A stretch of DNA of 64,000 nt from an uncultured Acetatifactor sp. (GTDB lineage: Bacteria; Bacillota; Clostridia; Lachnospirales; Lachnospiraceae): positions 18,160 to 82,159 of the forward strand of contig CAJUJU010000003.1 in assembly GCA_910586835.1 (NCBI GenBank). The letters run 5' to 3'. A program made the translations under genes and the position numbers. Below, in pieces: positions 10,457 to 20,250 of this stretch (the stretch's first letter is position 1; each line of letters opens with the position of its first letter). The notes under the pieces are model-generated. The model was given only the letters and a program-made list of their open reading frames with translations. It ran no database searches and had not been told where the DNA came from.

Positions 10457-11398
10457 ATGGATTATGTTACATTGACTCGTTTGATTGAAAAAATGAAGCT
10501 GGAGAATCTGACCCCGGAGATCGATGTCAAGGGAATCAGGATCCGGCAGCCGGACATCAATCGTCCGGCGCTGCAGATGGCGGGTTATCTGAAGCATTTT
10601 GAAGCGACCCGGGTGCAGGTCATCGGGTTTGTGGAGTACAGTTACTTCAGTGATCTGGATGAGGCCAGAAAGGGGGAGGTGTGTGACGAGCTGATGAGCT
10701 ATGACGTGCCTGCCTTTGTGTTCTGTCGTGAGCTTTACCCGGATCCTGTTTTCCTGGAAAAGGCCATCGCCCACAGGATCCCCATACTTTCCACCAAGAA
10801 GACTACTTCGTCCTTTATGGCGGAAGCCATCAGGTGGCTGAACGTGAAGCTTGCCCCCTGTATTTCCGTCCACGGGGTGCTGGTGGATGTCTACGGGGAA
10901 GGGGTGCTGATCACCGGCGAGAGCGGCATCGGCAAGTCCGAGGCGGCGCTGGAGCTGGTAAAGAGAGGGCACCGTCTGGTGACGGACGACGTGGTGGAGC
11001 TTCGCAAGGTGAGCGACGACACGCTGATCGGTTCCGCTCCCGATGTGACCAAGCATCTGATTGAGCTGCGGGGAATCGGAATCGTGGATATCAAGGCGCT
11101 GTTCGGAGCGTCCTCCGTAAAGGATACCCAGTCAGTGGATCTGGTCATCAAGCTGGAGGATTGGGATAAGGATAAGGAATACGACAGGCTGGGCCTGGAG
11201 GAGACCTATACGGAGTACCTGGGAAATAAGATTGTATGTCACAATATCCCCATCCGGCCCGGGCGGAACCTGGCAATCATCTGCGAGTCAGCGGCTGTAA
11301 ACCACCGCCAGAAGAAGATGGGCTACAACGCGGCGCAGGAGCTCTATTCCCGGGTGCAGAATTCGTTGGCGAAGAGAAGAGACGAGGATGACGAGTAA
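10457..11398 (+). CDS. hprK: HPr(Ser) kinase/phosphorylase
   Basis: GVLITGESGIGKSEAALELVKRGHRLVTDD, IELRGIGI, IRPGRN; ATG 10457 after GGAGG. Confidence 0.97.
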   Translation: MDYVTLTRLIEKMKLENLTPEIDVKGIRIRQPDINRPALQMAGYLKHFEATRVQVIGFVEYSYFSDLDEARKGEVCDELMSYDVPAFVFCRELYPDPVFLEKAIAHRIPILSTKKTTSSFMAEAIRWLNVKLAPCISVHGVLVDVYGEGVLITGESGIGKSEAALELVKRGHRLVTDDVVELRKVSDDTLIGSAPDVTKHLIELRGIGIVDIKALFGASSVKDTQSVDLVIKLEDWDKDKEYDRLGLEETYTEYLGNKIVCHNIPIRPGRNLAIICESAAVNHRQKKMGYNAAQELYSRVQNSLAKRRDEDDE

Positions 11399-11473
11399 CA
11401 GAAAAACAGCGGCTTTGCGGAAAGCGGCCGTGATGCATACAGTACACTTATAAGAGGACAGGGAGGAGAAATA

Positions 11474-12412
11474 ATGGGTAGATATGCTTTTGGAGTGGAT
11501 ATCGGCGGAACCACCATAAAAATCGGATTATTCAATGCGGAGGGCACCGTTTTGGATAAATGGGAGATTCCCACGGATAAGGAAAACGATGGGGAAGCAA
11601 TTTTTCCGGATATCGCAGCAAGTCTTCTGGCAAAGATGAAGGAAAAGGGAATCCGGGAGGAAGAACTGGCGGGAATCGGCGTGGGCGCGCCGGGAGCTGT
11701 GGATGATGCCGGAACCCTGGTGGGCGGAGCGGTCAATATCGGCTGGAAGCCTTTTAACATACCCGAGGCCCTGAACGCATATATTAATGTACCTGTGAAG
11801 GCTTCAAACGACGCAAACGCGGCAGCCTTCGGCGAGCTGTGGCAGGGCGGCGGCAAGGGCTGTCAGAGCATGGTGGCCGTGACCCTGGGAACCGGCGTGG
11901 GCGGCGGCATCGTTGTAAACGGCAGGATTCTTTCCGGTTCAACCGGAGCCGGCGGAGAGATCGGACATATTCACCTGGAGGATAATGAGACGGAGGAATG
12001 CGGCTGCAAAAACAAAGGTTGTCTGGAGCAGTACGCTTCCGCAACCGGAATCGTGAGGCTGGCCAAGAGACGTCTTGCCAAAGATGAACAGCCCAGCGTA
12101 CTCCGGGGCGGGGAAATTTCTGCAAAGAGCGTTTTCGACGCCGTGAAGGCAGGAGATCAGGTGGCCATTGAGATTGCCGCACAGTTCGGAGATTATCTGG
12201 GGAAGGGGCTGGCAGCGGTTGCAGGCGTTGTCAACCCGGAAATCTTTGTGATCGGGGGCGGCGTATCCAAGGCGGGGGAGATCCTGTTGTCCTTTGTGGA
12301 GCCTCCTTTTCAGAAGTATGCGTTTTCGCAGTGCAGGGGCGCAAAATTTGTCCTGGCAAAGCTGGGGAACGACGCGGGTATTTTCGGGGCGGCAGGACTG
12401 ATTTTGAGATAA
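11474..12412 (+). CDS. glcK: ROK family glucokinase
   Basis: GVDIGGT, NDANAAAFGE, TLGTGVGGG, GEIGH, CGCKNKGCLE. Confidence 0.9.
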   Translation: MGRYAFGVDIGGTTIKIGLFNAEGTVLDKWEIPTDKENDGEAIFPDIAASLLAKMKEKGIREEELAGIGVGAPGAVDDAGTLVGGAVNIGWKPFNIPEALNAYINVPVKASNDANAAAFGELWQGGGKGCQSMVAVTLGTGVGGGIVVNGRILSGSTGAGGEIGHIHLEDNETEECGCKNKGCLEQYASATGIVRLAKRRLAKDEQPSVLRGGEISAKSVFDAVKAGDQVAIEIAAQFGDYLGKGLAAVAGVVNPEIFVIGGGVSKAGEILLSFVEPPFQKYAFSQCRGAKFVLAKLGNDAGIFGAAGLILR

Positions 12413-12425
12413 GTTTTGCCGGGTA

Positions 12426-13382
12426 GTGAGTCAGAGGAGAGATAAATTAAATATTATGATAAGTCAGGCAGTGATTCAGGCGCTTAAAAATTTTGTGCCG
12501 GAGGAAAACATCAGCTTACAGGAGCCCATGGCGGCTCATACCACCTTCCGCATAGGCGGACCGGCAGATTGTTTTGTGCAGCTGGAAAGCAGAGAACAGC
12601 TGATCGGTGTGCAGAAGTATCTGTATCAGGTGGAGGTGCCCTTTTTCGTGTTGGGAAACGGCAGTAACCTGCTGGTCAGCGACAACGGATATCCCGGCAT
12701 CATACTTCAGATCGGACAGCGCATGAGCAGGATAGAGGTGGACGGCCGCAGGATCACGGCGCAGGCAGGGGCGACATTGGCCCAGGTGGCCAGGACGGCG
12801 CTGGAGCACGGGCTGACCGGCTTGGAATTTGCCTCCGGCATTCCGGGAACCGTGGGCGGCGGCGTGGTGATGAACGCCGGGGCCTACGACGGAGAGCTGA
12901 GCCAGGTGGTGAAGCAGGTAAATGTGGTGAGTCGGCAGGGCGAGATTATGGAACTGGATAATTCCACCATGGAGTTCGGCTACCGAACCAGCACGATCAG
13001 AACGAATCCCTTTACCGTGACGGATGTGATTTTTGAGCTGGAGGAGGGAGACCGGGAGCAGATCAGGGCGAAGATGGAGGAACTGGCGGCCAGAAGACGG
13101 GAAAAACAGCCGCTGGAATATCCCAGTGCCGGCAGTACCTTTAAGCGTCCAAGGGGGAACTTTGCCGGAAAGCTTATTATGGACGCAGGGCTGAGAGGCT
13201 ATCAGACAGGCGGTGCAAGAGTATCCGACAAGCACTGCGGTTTTATCATTAATGTGGGAGGCGCCACCGCCCAGGACGTCCGGGATGTGATCCTGGAGGT
13301 ACAGGAGCGGGTAAAGGACAGATTCGGCGTTAATCTGGAAACGGAAGTGCTGTTTCTGGGTTGGGGGATAAAAGAAAGATGA
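12426..13382 (+). CDS. murB: UDP-N-acetylenolpyruvoylglucosamine reductase (start could be ATG 12456)
   Basis: HTTFRIGGPA, LGNGSNLL, GIPGTVGG..MNAGAY, QPLEYPSAGSTFKRP, KHCGFIIN, LETEV. Confidence 0.96.
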   Translation: MSQRRDKLNIMISQAVIQALKNFVPEENISLQEPMAAHTTFRIGGPADCFVQLESREQLIGVQKYLYQVEVPFFVLGNGSNLLVSDNGYPGIILQIGQRMSRIEVDGRRITAQAGATLAQVARTALEHGLTGLEFASGIPGTVGGGVVMNAGAYDGELSQVVKQVNVVSRQGEIMELDNSTMEFGYRTSTIRTNPFTVTDVIFELEEGDREQIRAKMEELAARRREKQPLEYPSAGSTFKRPRGNFAGKLIMDAGLRGYQTGGARVSDKHCGFIINVGGATAQDVRDVILEVQERVKDRFGVNLETEVLFLGWGIKER

Positions 13383-14245
13383 GATTTGTGATCGTGACGG
13401 GGATGAGCGGCGGTGGGAAAAGTACCGCGCTGAAGATGCTGGAGGACGCGGGCTTTTACTGCGTGGACAACCTTCCGGTCTCCCTGATTGAAAAGTTCGT
13501 GGAGCTGATCTCCATGCCGAACAGTGAGATCAGTAAGGTGGCGCTTGGGCTGGATGTGCGTTCGGACCAGTCCTTTGAGGACGCCACAAGAGTTCTGGAA
13601 GAAATGAAACAAAAGGGTTATCAGTTTGAGATCCTTTTTCTGGACGCGGACGTGAATGTTCTGATCAAAAGATTCAAGGAGACAAGGAGAATTCATCCGC
13701 TGGCTGCGGACGGCAGAGTGGAGGACGGAGTCAGGACAGAGCGCAGGGTACTGGAAAATATCCGCCGGAGCGCCGATTATGTCATTGATACCTCCCATCT
13801 CCTCACAAGGGAATTAAAGGAAGAGCTTGACCGAATTTTTGTGGGGAACGGGGAATATAATAGTCTTATGGTGACGGTCATGTCCTTCGGCTTTAAGTAC
13901 GGTATCCCCTCGGACGCGGATCTGGTGTTCGACGTGCGTTTCCTGCCAAATCCCTTTTATATTGACGAGCTGAAGCGGAAGACGGGAAACGACAGGGAGG
14001 TACAGGACTTTGTCATGAAGCACGAGGAGTCGGAGGCCTTTATGGAAAAGCTCACGGATATGCTGCAGTTTCTGATTCCGAACTATGTGAAGGAAGGAAA
14101 ATACCGCCTGGTGGTTGCCATCGGCTGTACCGGGGGAAAACACAGGAGCGTAACCCTGGCAAACGAGCTGTATGGGCGCATGAAGGACAGAGGGACCTAC
14201 GGCATGAAGCTCTATCACCGGGATGTGGAGAACAGAAGCGTTTGA
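13379..14245 (+). CDS. rapZ: RNase adapter RapZ / YvcJ nucleotide-binding protein
   Basis: VIVTGMSGGGKS, GFYCVDNLP, SFGFKYG, FDVRFLPNP, IGCTGGKHRSV; ATG 13379 overlaps the murB stop. Confidence 0.95.
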   Translation: MRFVIVTGMSGGGKSTALKMLEDAGFYCVDNLPVSLIEKFVELISMPNSEISKVALGLDVRSDQSFEDATRVLEEMKQKGYQFEILFLDADVNVLIKRFKETRRIHPLAADGRVEDGVRTERRVLENIRRSADYVIDTSHLLTRELKEELDRIFVGNGEYNSLMVTVMSFGFKYGIPSDADLVFDVRFLPNPFYIDELKRKTGNDREVQDFVMKHEESEAFMEKLTDMLQFLIPNYVKEGKYRLVVAIGCTGGKHRSVTLANELYGRMKDRGTYGMKLYHRDVENRSV

Positions 14246-14261
14246 CGCAAGAGGGCAGGAG

Positions 14262-15158
14262 ATGTCTTTTTCAAGTGAGGTAAAAAGAGAACTGGAAAAA
14301 CAGATCGGCTCAGCGAGGCATTGCCAGATCGCTGAGCTGGCTGCTGTCATGAACTTCTGCGGACAGTATGGAAAAGATGAAAATGGGCACTTTACCGTGG
14401 GATTTCAGACGGAAAATGAAGCTGTCGTCAGAAAAGGCTTTACATTATTGAAAAAAACATATAATATAGAAACGGGTTCCGTGCTGAGCAGCCAGGAAAT
14501 GCATGGTCTTTTGGAGAAGCTGGGTAACCTGGAGGAGCCGGTGAGCCGGCTGATTCTTAAAAATGCCTGCTGTAAAAGAGCTTTTCTCAGGGGGGCCTTT
14601 TTAAGTGTGGGATCCATGAGCGATCCCGCAAAGGGCTATCATCTGGAATTTGCCTGTGCTGATGCTGCAAAGGCAGTGCAGCTGCGGGAGGTTATGGCAG
14701 CCTTTGATATTGAGTCAAAGATCATTGTGAGAAAAAAATATCATGTGGTTTACCTGAAGGAGGGTTCCGGTATTGTAGACCTGCTGAATGTCTGCGGAGC
14801 GCCAGTCTCTCTGATGAATCTTGAAAATCTCCGTATTCTGAAGGATATGAGAAATTCCGTGAACAGAAGGGTGAACTGCGAGACGGCGAATATAACAAAA
14901 ACTGTCAACGCTGCGGCAAGGCAGGTGGAGGACATTGAATTTCTGAGGGTAAATTATGGGTTCCGGAATCTGCCGGCACCTCTGAGAGAAATGGCAGAGG
15001 TTCGGCTGGAACATCCTGATGCACCGCTCAAGGAACTGGGAGAATGCTTTCAACCCCCCATCGGAAAATCGGGGGTCAATCATAGACTGCGCAGGCTGGG
15101 TGAGCTTGCTGAAAAAGTAAGGGGAAATCAGTTCCCCCAAAAGGAGGAGGCATTATGA
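14262..15158 (+). CDS. whiA: DNA-binding protein WhiA
   Basis: MSFSSEVK.EL, RAFLRGAFL..GS.SDP, NR.VNCETAN, KSGVNHRLR; ATG 14262 after GCAGGAG. Confidence 0.95.
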   Translation: MSFSSEVKRELEKQIGSARHCQIAELAAVMNFCGQYGKDENGHFTVGFQTENEAVVRKGFTLLKKTYNIETGSVLSSQEMHGLLEKLGNLEEPVSRLILKNACCKRAFLRGAFLSVGSMSDPAKGYHLEFACADAAKAVQLREVMAAFDIESKIIVRKKYHVVYLKEGSGIVDLLNVCGAPVSLMNLENLRILKDMRNSVNRRVNCETANITKTVNAAARQVEDIEFLRVNYGFRNLPAPLREMAEVRLEHPDAPLKELGECFQPPIGKSGVNHRLRRLGELAEKVRGNQFPQKEEAL

Positions 15159-15415
15159 TTAAGAAAAGTATCCGGATCAACCTGGAGAGCGGTCTGGAGG
15201 CAAGACCGGTGGCATTGCTGGTACAGGAAGCCAGCAGGTACGAAAGTACCATTTACATTCAGTCAGGCGAGAGAAGAGTAAATGCCAAGAGTATTATGGG
15301 CATGATGAGTCTGGGGCTTGACAACGGCGAAAAACTGGAGGTTTCCGCCGAGGGAATCGACGAGCAGGCCGCAGTGGACGGGATCGAGCGTTTTCTCGGA
15401 GGAAAGGTTGCGTAG
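15155..15415 (+). CDS. HPr family phosphocarrier protein
   Basis: GLEARP and VNAKSIMGMMSLG (Ser46 motif). Position 15 is Glu rather than His, i.e. Crh-like/regulatory rather than PTS-active. Confidence 0.9.
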   Translation: MIKKSIRINLESGLEARPVALLVQEASRYESTIYIQSGERRVNAKSIMGMMSLGLDNGEKLEVSAEGIDEQAAVDGIERFLGGKVA

Positions 15416-15505
15416 GATCTGATAAGCAGGGCGGAGTCAATGGAAACATTGGTTCTGCCTTTTGTGTCCCAATAAGAAAAGATTTATCAGAAAGAGGTGA
15501 TACAT

Positions 15506-16393
15506 ATGCCGAAAAAACTACTATTTGTTTATAACCCCAAGGCCGGGAAGGCACAGATCCGTTTAAGGCTGGCCGACATCCTGAACACCTTTGCGGAGGC
15601 GGATTATGAGATTACCGCAGCGCCTACCAGAGGACATAATGACGCCAGGCGGATTGTGGCGGAGAGATCCCGGGAGTATGAGCTCGTGGTGTGCAGCGGC
15701 GGGGACGGAACTCTGGACGAGGTGGTGACGGGGATGAGGCAGAGCGGGTTCCGCACGCCCATCGGCTATATCCCGGCGGGGAGCACCAACGATTTCGGCG
15801 GCAGCCTGTCTCTGCCCAAAAACATGGTAAAGGCAGCGGAGACAGCGGTTCGGGGGAAGAACTTTGCCTGTGACATCGGCGCCTTTAACGACGATGTGTT
15901 TGTCTATATCGCGGCCTTTGGTTTGTTTACGGACGTATCCTATGAGACGGCGCAGGATATGAAGAATGTGCTGGGGCATATGGCTTACCTGTTGGAAGGA
16001 GTGAAGCGGTTGTCCGCAGTCCGTTCCTTTCCCATGAAGGTCATCTGCGAGGGACGGGTCATAGAGGATGATTTTATCTTCGGGATGATTACGAATTCCG
16101 TATCCGTGGGCGGATTCAAGAATATTACGGGCAAAAATGTGCGGCTCAATGACGGATTGTTCGAGGTGACACTGATCAGAAAGCCCAAAAACCCGGTGGA
16201 ACTGAACAACATTGTGATTTCCCTGTTGAACCGGGATGTGGATACCAGCGCCATGTACTGCTTCCGCGCGGCGGAGATAACGCTGGAGTCCCCGGAGCCC
16301 GTTGCATGGACGCTGGACGGGGAGAACGGGGGCAGCCACAGAAAGGTGGAGATCAAAAATATCTGCAAGGGAATTGATATTCGGGTAAAGTAA
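15506..16393 (+). CDS. YegS/BmrU diacylglycerol kinase family lipid kinase
   Basis: NPKAG, GGDGTLDEV, IPAGSTNDF, LDGE. Confidence 0.92.
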   Translation: MPKKLLFVYNPKAGKAQIRLRLADILNTFAEADYEITAAPTRGHNDARRIVAERSREYELVVCSGGDGTLDEVVTGMRQSGFRTPIGYIPAGSTNDFGGSLSLPKNMVKAAETAVRGKNFACDIGAFNDDVFVYIAAFGLFTDVSYETAQDMKNVLGHMAYLLEGVKRLSAVRSFPMKVICEGRVIEDDFIFGMITNSVSVGGFKNITGKNVRLNDGLFEVTLIRKPKNPVELNNIVISLLNRDVDTSAMYCFRAAEITLESPEPVAWTLDGENGGSHRKVEIKNICKGIDIRVK

Positions 16394-16480
16394 AAGCTTC
16401 CATTTTCAGCAAAATTATGTTATATTAACTAAAGATGCAGACGGTATTTTTAAAAGTAAATATAAACGGAGGTAGGTAAC

Positions 16481-17344
16481 ATGTTAGTTTCTGCAACAGA
16501 AATGCTCAAAAAGGCAAAGGCAGGTCATTATGCAGTCGGCCAGTTCAACATCAATAACCTTGAGTGGACGAAAGCGATTCTTCTGACCGCAAAGGAGAAC
16601 AGATCTCCCGTTATCCTTGGAGTTTCCGAGGGCGCCGGCAAGTATATGGGCGGATATCATGCGGTAGTGGGCATGGTAAACGGTCTGCTCAAGGATCTTG
16701 ATATCGACGTACCTGTGGCGCTTCATCTGGATCACGGTTCCTTTGATGGGTGCTATAAGTGTATCGAGGCAGGCTTCTCTTCCATTATGTTTGACGGTTC
16801 TCATTATCCCATCAACGAGAATATCGAAAAGACTACGGAGCTGGTAAAGGCTGCACACGGCAAGGGAATTTCCATTGAGGCAGAGGTAGGCTCCATCGGC
16901 GGCGAGGAAGACGGCGTAGTGGGCATGGGCGAGTGTGCGGATCCCAACGAGTGCAAGCAGATCGCGGATCTGGGTGTTGATTTCCTGGCTGCAGGCATCG
17001 GCAATATCCACGGAAAATATCCTGCCAACTGGAAGGGACTGAGCTTTGAGACATTGGATGCCGTACAGCAGAAGACAGGTGATCTTCCCCTGGTTCTCCA
17101 CGGCGGTACGGGTATTCCCGCAGACATGATCAAGAAGGCAATCACCCTGGGCGTTGCAAAGATCAACGTGAACACGGAGTGCCAGCTTTCCTTTGCAGAC
17201 GCTACCCGCAAGTACATCGAGGCCGGCAAGGATCTGGAGGGCAAGGGCTTTGATCCCCGTAAGCTTCTGGCTCCCGGCTTTGAGGCGATCAAGGCTACCG
17301 TGAAAGAGAAGATGGAACTGTTCGGCTCTGTAGGACAGGCGTAA
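16481..17344 (+). CDS. fba: Class II fructose-1,6-bisphosphate aldolase
   Basis: YAVGQFNINNLEW, LHLDHG, MFDGS, GNIHG, LVLHGGTG, KINVNT, FDPRK. Confidence 0.97.
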   Translation: MLVSATEMLKKAKAGHYAVGQFNINNLEWTKAILLTAKENRSPVILGVSEGAGKYMGGYHAVVGMVNGLLKDLDIDVPVALHLDHGSFDGCYKCIEAGFSSIMFDGSHYPINENIEKTTELVKAAHGKGISIEAEVGSIGGEEDGVVGMGECADPNECKQIADLGVDFLAAGIGNIHGKYPANWKGLSFETLDAVQQKTGDLPLVLHGGTGIPADMIKKAITLGVAKINVNTECQLSFADATRKYIEAGKDLEGKGFDPRKLLAPGFEAIKATVKEKMELFGSVGQA

Positions 17345-17419
17345 AAAGCCAACAAAGTTTGCTGGCGGGATTTGCCGGCTGCTTTGAACTGAGACATATT
17401 TTCCTGTAAAATGAAATGG

Positions 17420-17464
17420 GCTGTGAAAAACGGACAAATAAGATTCGTTTTTCACAGCTTTTTT
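17420..17464 (+). terminator. Intrinsic terminator after fba
   Basis: 13-bp stem GCTGTGAAAAACG / CGTTTTTCACAGC followed by a T6 run. Confidence 0.75.
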
Positions 17465-17477
17465 GGTTTGGACACGG

Positions 17478-17541
17478 TGCAAGATAATTTATCTGTTCTG
17501 CAAGATAATCTATTTGCCGGCATATTTGCACATGGTAAAAT
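17478..17541 (+). promoter_or_regulatory. Promoter of the GH95 gene with upstream direct repeats
   Basis: TGCAAGATAAT at 17478 and 17499 (21-bp period); TTGCCG near 17514; extended -10 TGgTAAAAT at 17533-17541. Confidence 0.55.
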
Positions 17542-17647
17542 GAGCTTAATCAGGGCAGAAAAGGGTGGAATGACTGTCAAAGCCATGATTGGGGGCGCCG
17601 TCTTTGGGCGTCCCGGAGAGATTACACCGTCCGAGGAGGAAAACAGT

Positions 17648-20122
17648 ATGACAGAATTGCATTGCGGAGAAGAGAAAAGGACAGACGGGTATCACGAAGG
17701 AACGTGGTATGAACAGCCTGCCGGGGAGTGGGAAGAGGCGCTTCCTGTTGGAAACGGCAGGCTTGGGGCAATGGTATACGGAGGAATTGCCACAGAGCGG
17801 ATTCAGGTGAACGAAGAAAGTATCTGGTATGGCGGGAAAACGGATCGTATCAATCCTGACTTCCGGGAGAATCTGCCGAAAATCAGAAGCCTTCTGGATC
17901 AGGGAAGGATTTCCGAGGCGGAAAAGCTGATGGATAAAGCCATGTCCGGCTGCCCGGACAGTATGCATCCCTATCAGACGTTGGGGGAGATTAAGATTGA
18001 TTTTCAGGGTATAGATCAGAAAAAGGCCGCAGGCTACAGACGCACTCTGGATCTGAACAGGGCGGTGGCGGCCACGGAATTTCGGGTGGGAGACACGGTC
18101 TATCGGAGGGAGGTTTTTGCCTCGGCTCCCGCGGACTGTATTGTGATGCGTTTTACTGCAGAAGGGCCGGGTACAGTGGACTTTACCGTGAGGATGCGCC
18201 GGGGAAAGTTTTTTGACGGAGCAGGGAGATGCGGGGATGACAGCATTGTATTGTTCGGCAATCTGGGAAAAGGCGGCTGTGAATTTTCCATGGCGCTGCA
18301 GGCAAGAGCGGTCGGAGGGGGAAAGATCTCTGCGATGGGAGAGTGCCTGGAAAGCGCTGGCGCAAAGGAAGTGATTCTCTGCTTTACGGCGGATACCACC
18401 TGGCATTATACAAAGAAGGAGCTGGATGCCAGGATCAGCTGGTATGTGTCGGAGGGAGGCTCCGGAGCGGGGGGACTGTACCCCGGAGAGAGCCAGTTCC
18501 TGAGCCTTGCGGGCAGAGCCGACAGTTCGGAATATGAGCGCCAGGAGTATTTCTGCAGGGCAGCGCTGCAAAGCATGTTGTATCTGGGGATTCGGGGTCG
18601 GCTGGAAAAAGCTCTGTGTATGAGCTATGAGGAGCTGCTGGAGGAGCACATTGCCGACTATGGTGCTCTCTATCACCGCTTTTCCTTTGTGCTGGACGGG
18701 GCGGAGGCTTTTGATGTGTTGCCTACGGACAGACGGCTGGAGCAGGCCAGGGAAGGCAGGGCCGATGTGGGGCTGAGTAAGCTGCTCTTTGATTTCGGAA
18801 GATATCTGACCATCGCGTGCAGCAGGGAGGGCGGGCTGCCTTCCACCCTGCAGGGCATCTGGAACAAGGACTTTACGCCGCCCTGGGACAGTAAATTCAC
18901 CATTAATATTAATACAGAGATGAATTACTGGCATGTGGAGAGCTGCAACCTGTCCGAGTGTCATCTGCCGCTCTTTGACCTTCTGGAGAGGGTGCGCAGT
19001 ACAGGCAGGCGCACAGCCAGGGAAATGTATGGCTGCAGGGGATTTGTGGCGCATCACAACACGGATATTCACGGGGATTCCGCGCCCCAGGATATCTGGT
19101 ATCCAGGCTCCTACTGGACCATGGGGGCGGCGTGGCTGAGCACACATCTTTGGGTGCATTATCAATATACACGGGACCGGGCTTTTCTGGAAAAGGCATT
19201 TCCGGTTCTGGCAGAGGCCTCCCTGTTTTTTGTGGACTTTCTGATCGAGCGGAACGGATATCTGGTTACAAGTCCTTCTGTCTCGCCGGAAAATACCTAC
19301 ATACTGCCCAACGGACAATCCGGCTGTTGCTGCATTGGCGCCACGATGGATAACCAGATTTTGAGACATCTCTTTACCTGTTGCCTTGGGGCATGGACGG
19401 AGCTGGACGAAAAGGCGCCGGAGGGATGTAGAATCGACGGTGTGGAGGATATTCCCGGTCTGATGAGACAGGTTGAAGAATGCCGGAGCAGACTGATGCC
19501 TACCCGGATCAGCGACAGCGGCAGGATTATGGAATGGCCGGAGGACTATGAAGAAGCGGCGCCTGGGCATCGGCATATTTCCCACTTGTACGGGCTGTAT
19601 CCCGGCGGAGAGATTACGGTGGACGGTACGCCCGAATATGCCGCTGCGGCCAGAAAGACATTGGAGCACAGGCTGTCCCATGGCGGCGGGCATACGGGCT
19701 GGAGCCGTGCCTGGATTATGAATCATTACGCCAGTCTCTGGGACGGCGAAGCCGCCTATGAAAACATTGAAAAAATGCTGGGACAATCCACCTATCCGAA
19801 TCTGTTTGACAGGCATCCGCCTTTTCAGATAGACGGAAACTTTGGCGCATGCGCTGCCATGAGCGGAATGCTGGCGCAGTGCAGCCAGGAGAGGGCAGTT
19901 CTGCTGCCCGCGCTTCCCGGGGCCTGGGCAAACGGCTCCGTGAGAGGGCTGCGTCTGTTGGGAAATGCGGGGATTGATATGACATGGAGAGAAGGAAAGC
20001 TTGTGAGCGCCGTCATCCGTGGGGACAGCGACTATGATATGGACGTGGTATACGGCGGGAAACGTATCCATGTAACGCTGAAGGCGGGAGAAAGCCGACA
20101 GCTGGACTTTGAAATTCAGTAG
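17648..20122 (+). CDS. Glycoside hydrolase family 95 (alpha-1,2-L-fucosidase-like), no signal peptide
   Basis: WEEALPVGNGRLGAM, FDFGRYL, LQGIWN, FTININTEMNYW, PSVSPEN, HRHISHLYGLYP, GHTGWSRAW, HPPFQIDGNFG; ATG 17648 after GAGGAGG. Confidence 0.93.
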   Translation: MTELHCGEEKRTDGYHEGTWYEQPAGEWEEALPVGNGRLGAMVYGGIATERIQVNEESIWYGGKTDRINPDFRENLPKIRSLLDQGRISEAEKLMDKAMSGCPDSMHPYQTLGEIKIDFQGIDQKKAAGYRRTLDLNRAVAATEFRVGDTVYRREVFASAPADCIVMRFTAEGPGTVDFTVRMRRGKFFDGAGRCGDDSIVLFGNLGKGGCEFSMALQARAVGGGKISAMGECLESAGAKEVILCFTADTTWHYTKKELDARISWYVSEGGSGAGGLYPGESQFLSLAGRADSSEYERQEYFCRAALQSMLYLGIRGRLEKALCMSYEELLEEHIADYGALYHRFSFVLDGAEAFDVLPTDRRLEQAREGRADVGLSKLLFDFGRYLTIACSREGGLPSTLQGIWNKDFTPPWDSKFTININTEMNYWHVESCNLSECHLPLFDLLERVRSTGRRTAREMYGCRGFVAHHNTDIHGDSAPQDIWYPGSYWTMGAAWLSTHLWVHYQYTRDRAFLEKAFPVLAEASLFFVDFLIERNGYLVTSPSVSPENTYILPNGQSGCCCIGATMDNQILRHLFTCCLGAWTELDEKAPEGCRIDGVEDIPGLMRQVEECRSRLMPTRISDSGRIMEWPEDYEEAAPGHRHISHLYGLYPGGEITVDGTPEYAAAARKTLEHRLSHGGGHTGWSRAWIMNHYASLWDGEAAYENIEKMLGQSTYPNLFDRHPPFQIDGNFGACAAMSGMLAQCSQERAVLLPALPGAWANGSVRGLRLLGNAGIDMTWREGKLVSAVIRGDSDYDMDVVYGGKRIHVTLKAGESRQLDFEIQ

Positions 20123-20124
20123 TT

Positions 20125-20250
20125 GGAAAAATAGCCCCTGAAAAGGGAGGATGCCAGGGAACCGGGTTCCCTGGCATTTATTATGAAAAAGTTATTTAGT
20201 AAACAATTAACTGTGATTGGCTTTGTTTTTTTGTAGTGGTTTATCTTATG
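20125..20250 (-). ncRNA. Candidate csRNA-like small RNA (boundaries approximate)
   Basis: Minus strand: -10 TATACT (20261-20256), then an A-rich body, AACUUUUUCAU, a 13-bp hairpin, CCUCCC and a U-rich end. Confidence 0.5.
20151..20177. terminator. Strong hairpin (likely bidirectional terminator)
   Basis: ATGCCAGGGAACC-G-GGTTCCCTGGCAT perfect inverted repeat between convergent GH95 and ppi. Confidence 0.75.

Noticed and set aside
17546..20071. 841-aa minus-strand ORF and other long antisense ORFs (e.g. 7175-8491, 25421-26881, 44091-45278, 56695-57978)
   Set aside because: They shadow well-supported genes on the opposite strand, have no recognisable motifs, and are expected from codon bias
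20183..20236. 17-aa plus-strand ORF MKKLFSKQLTVIGFVFL
   Set aside because: No properly spaced RBS and it sits just after a terminator hairpin; the minus-strand sRNA reading fits better, though it is not excluded
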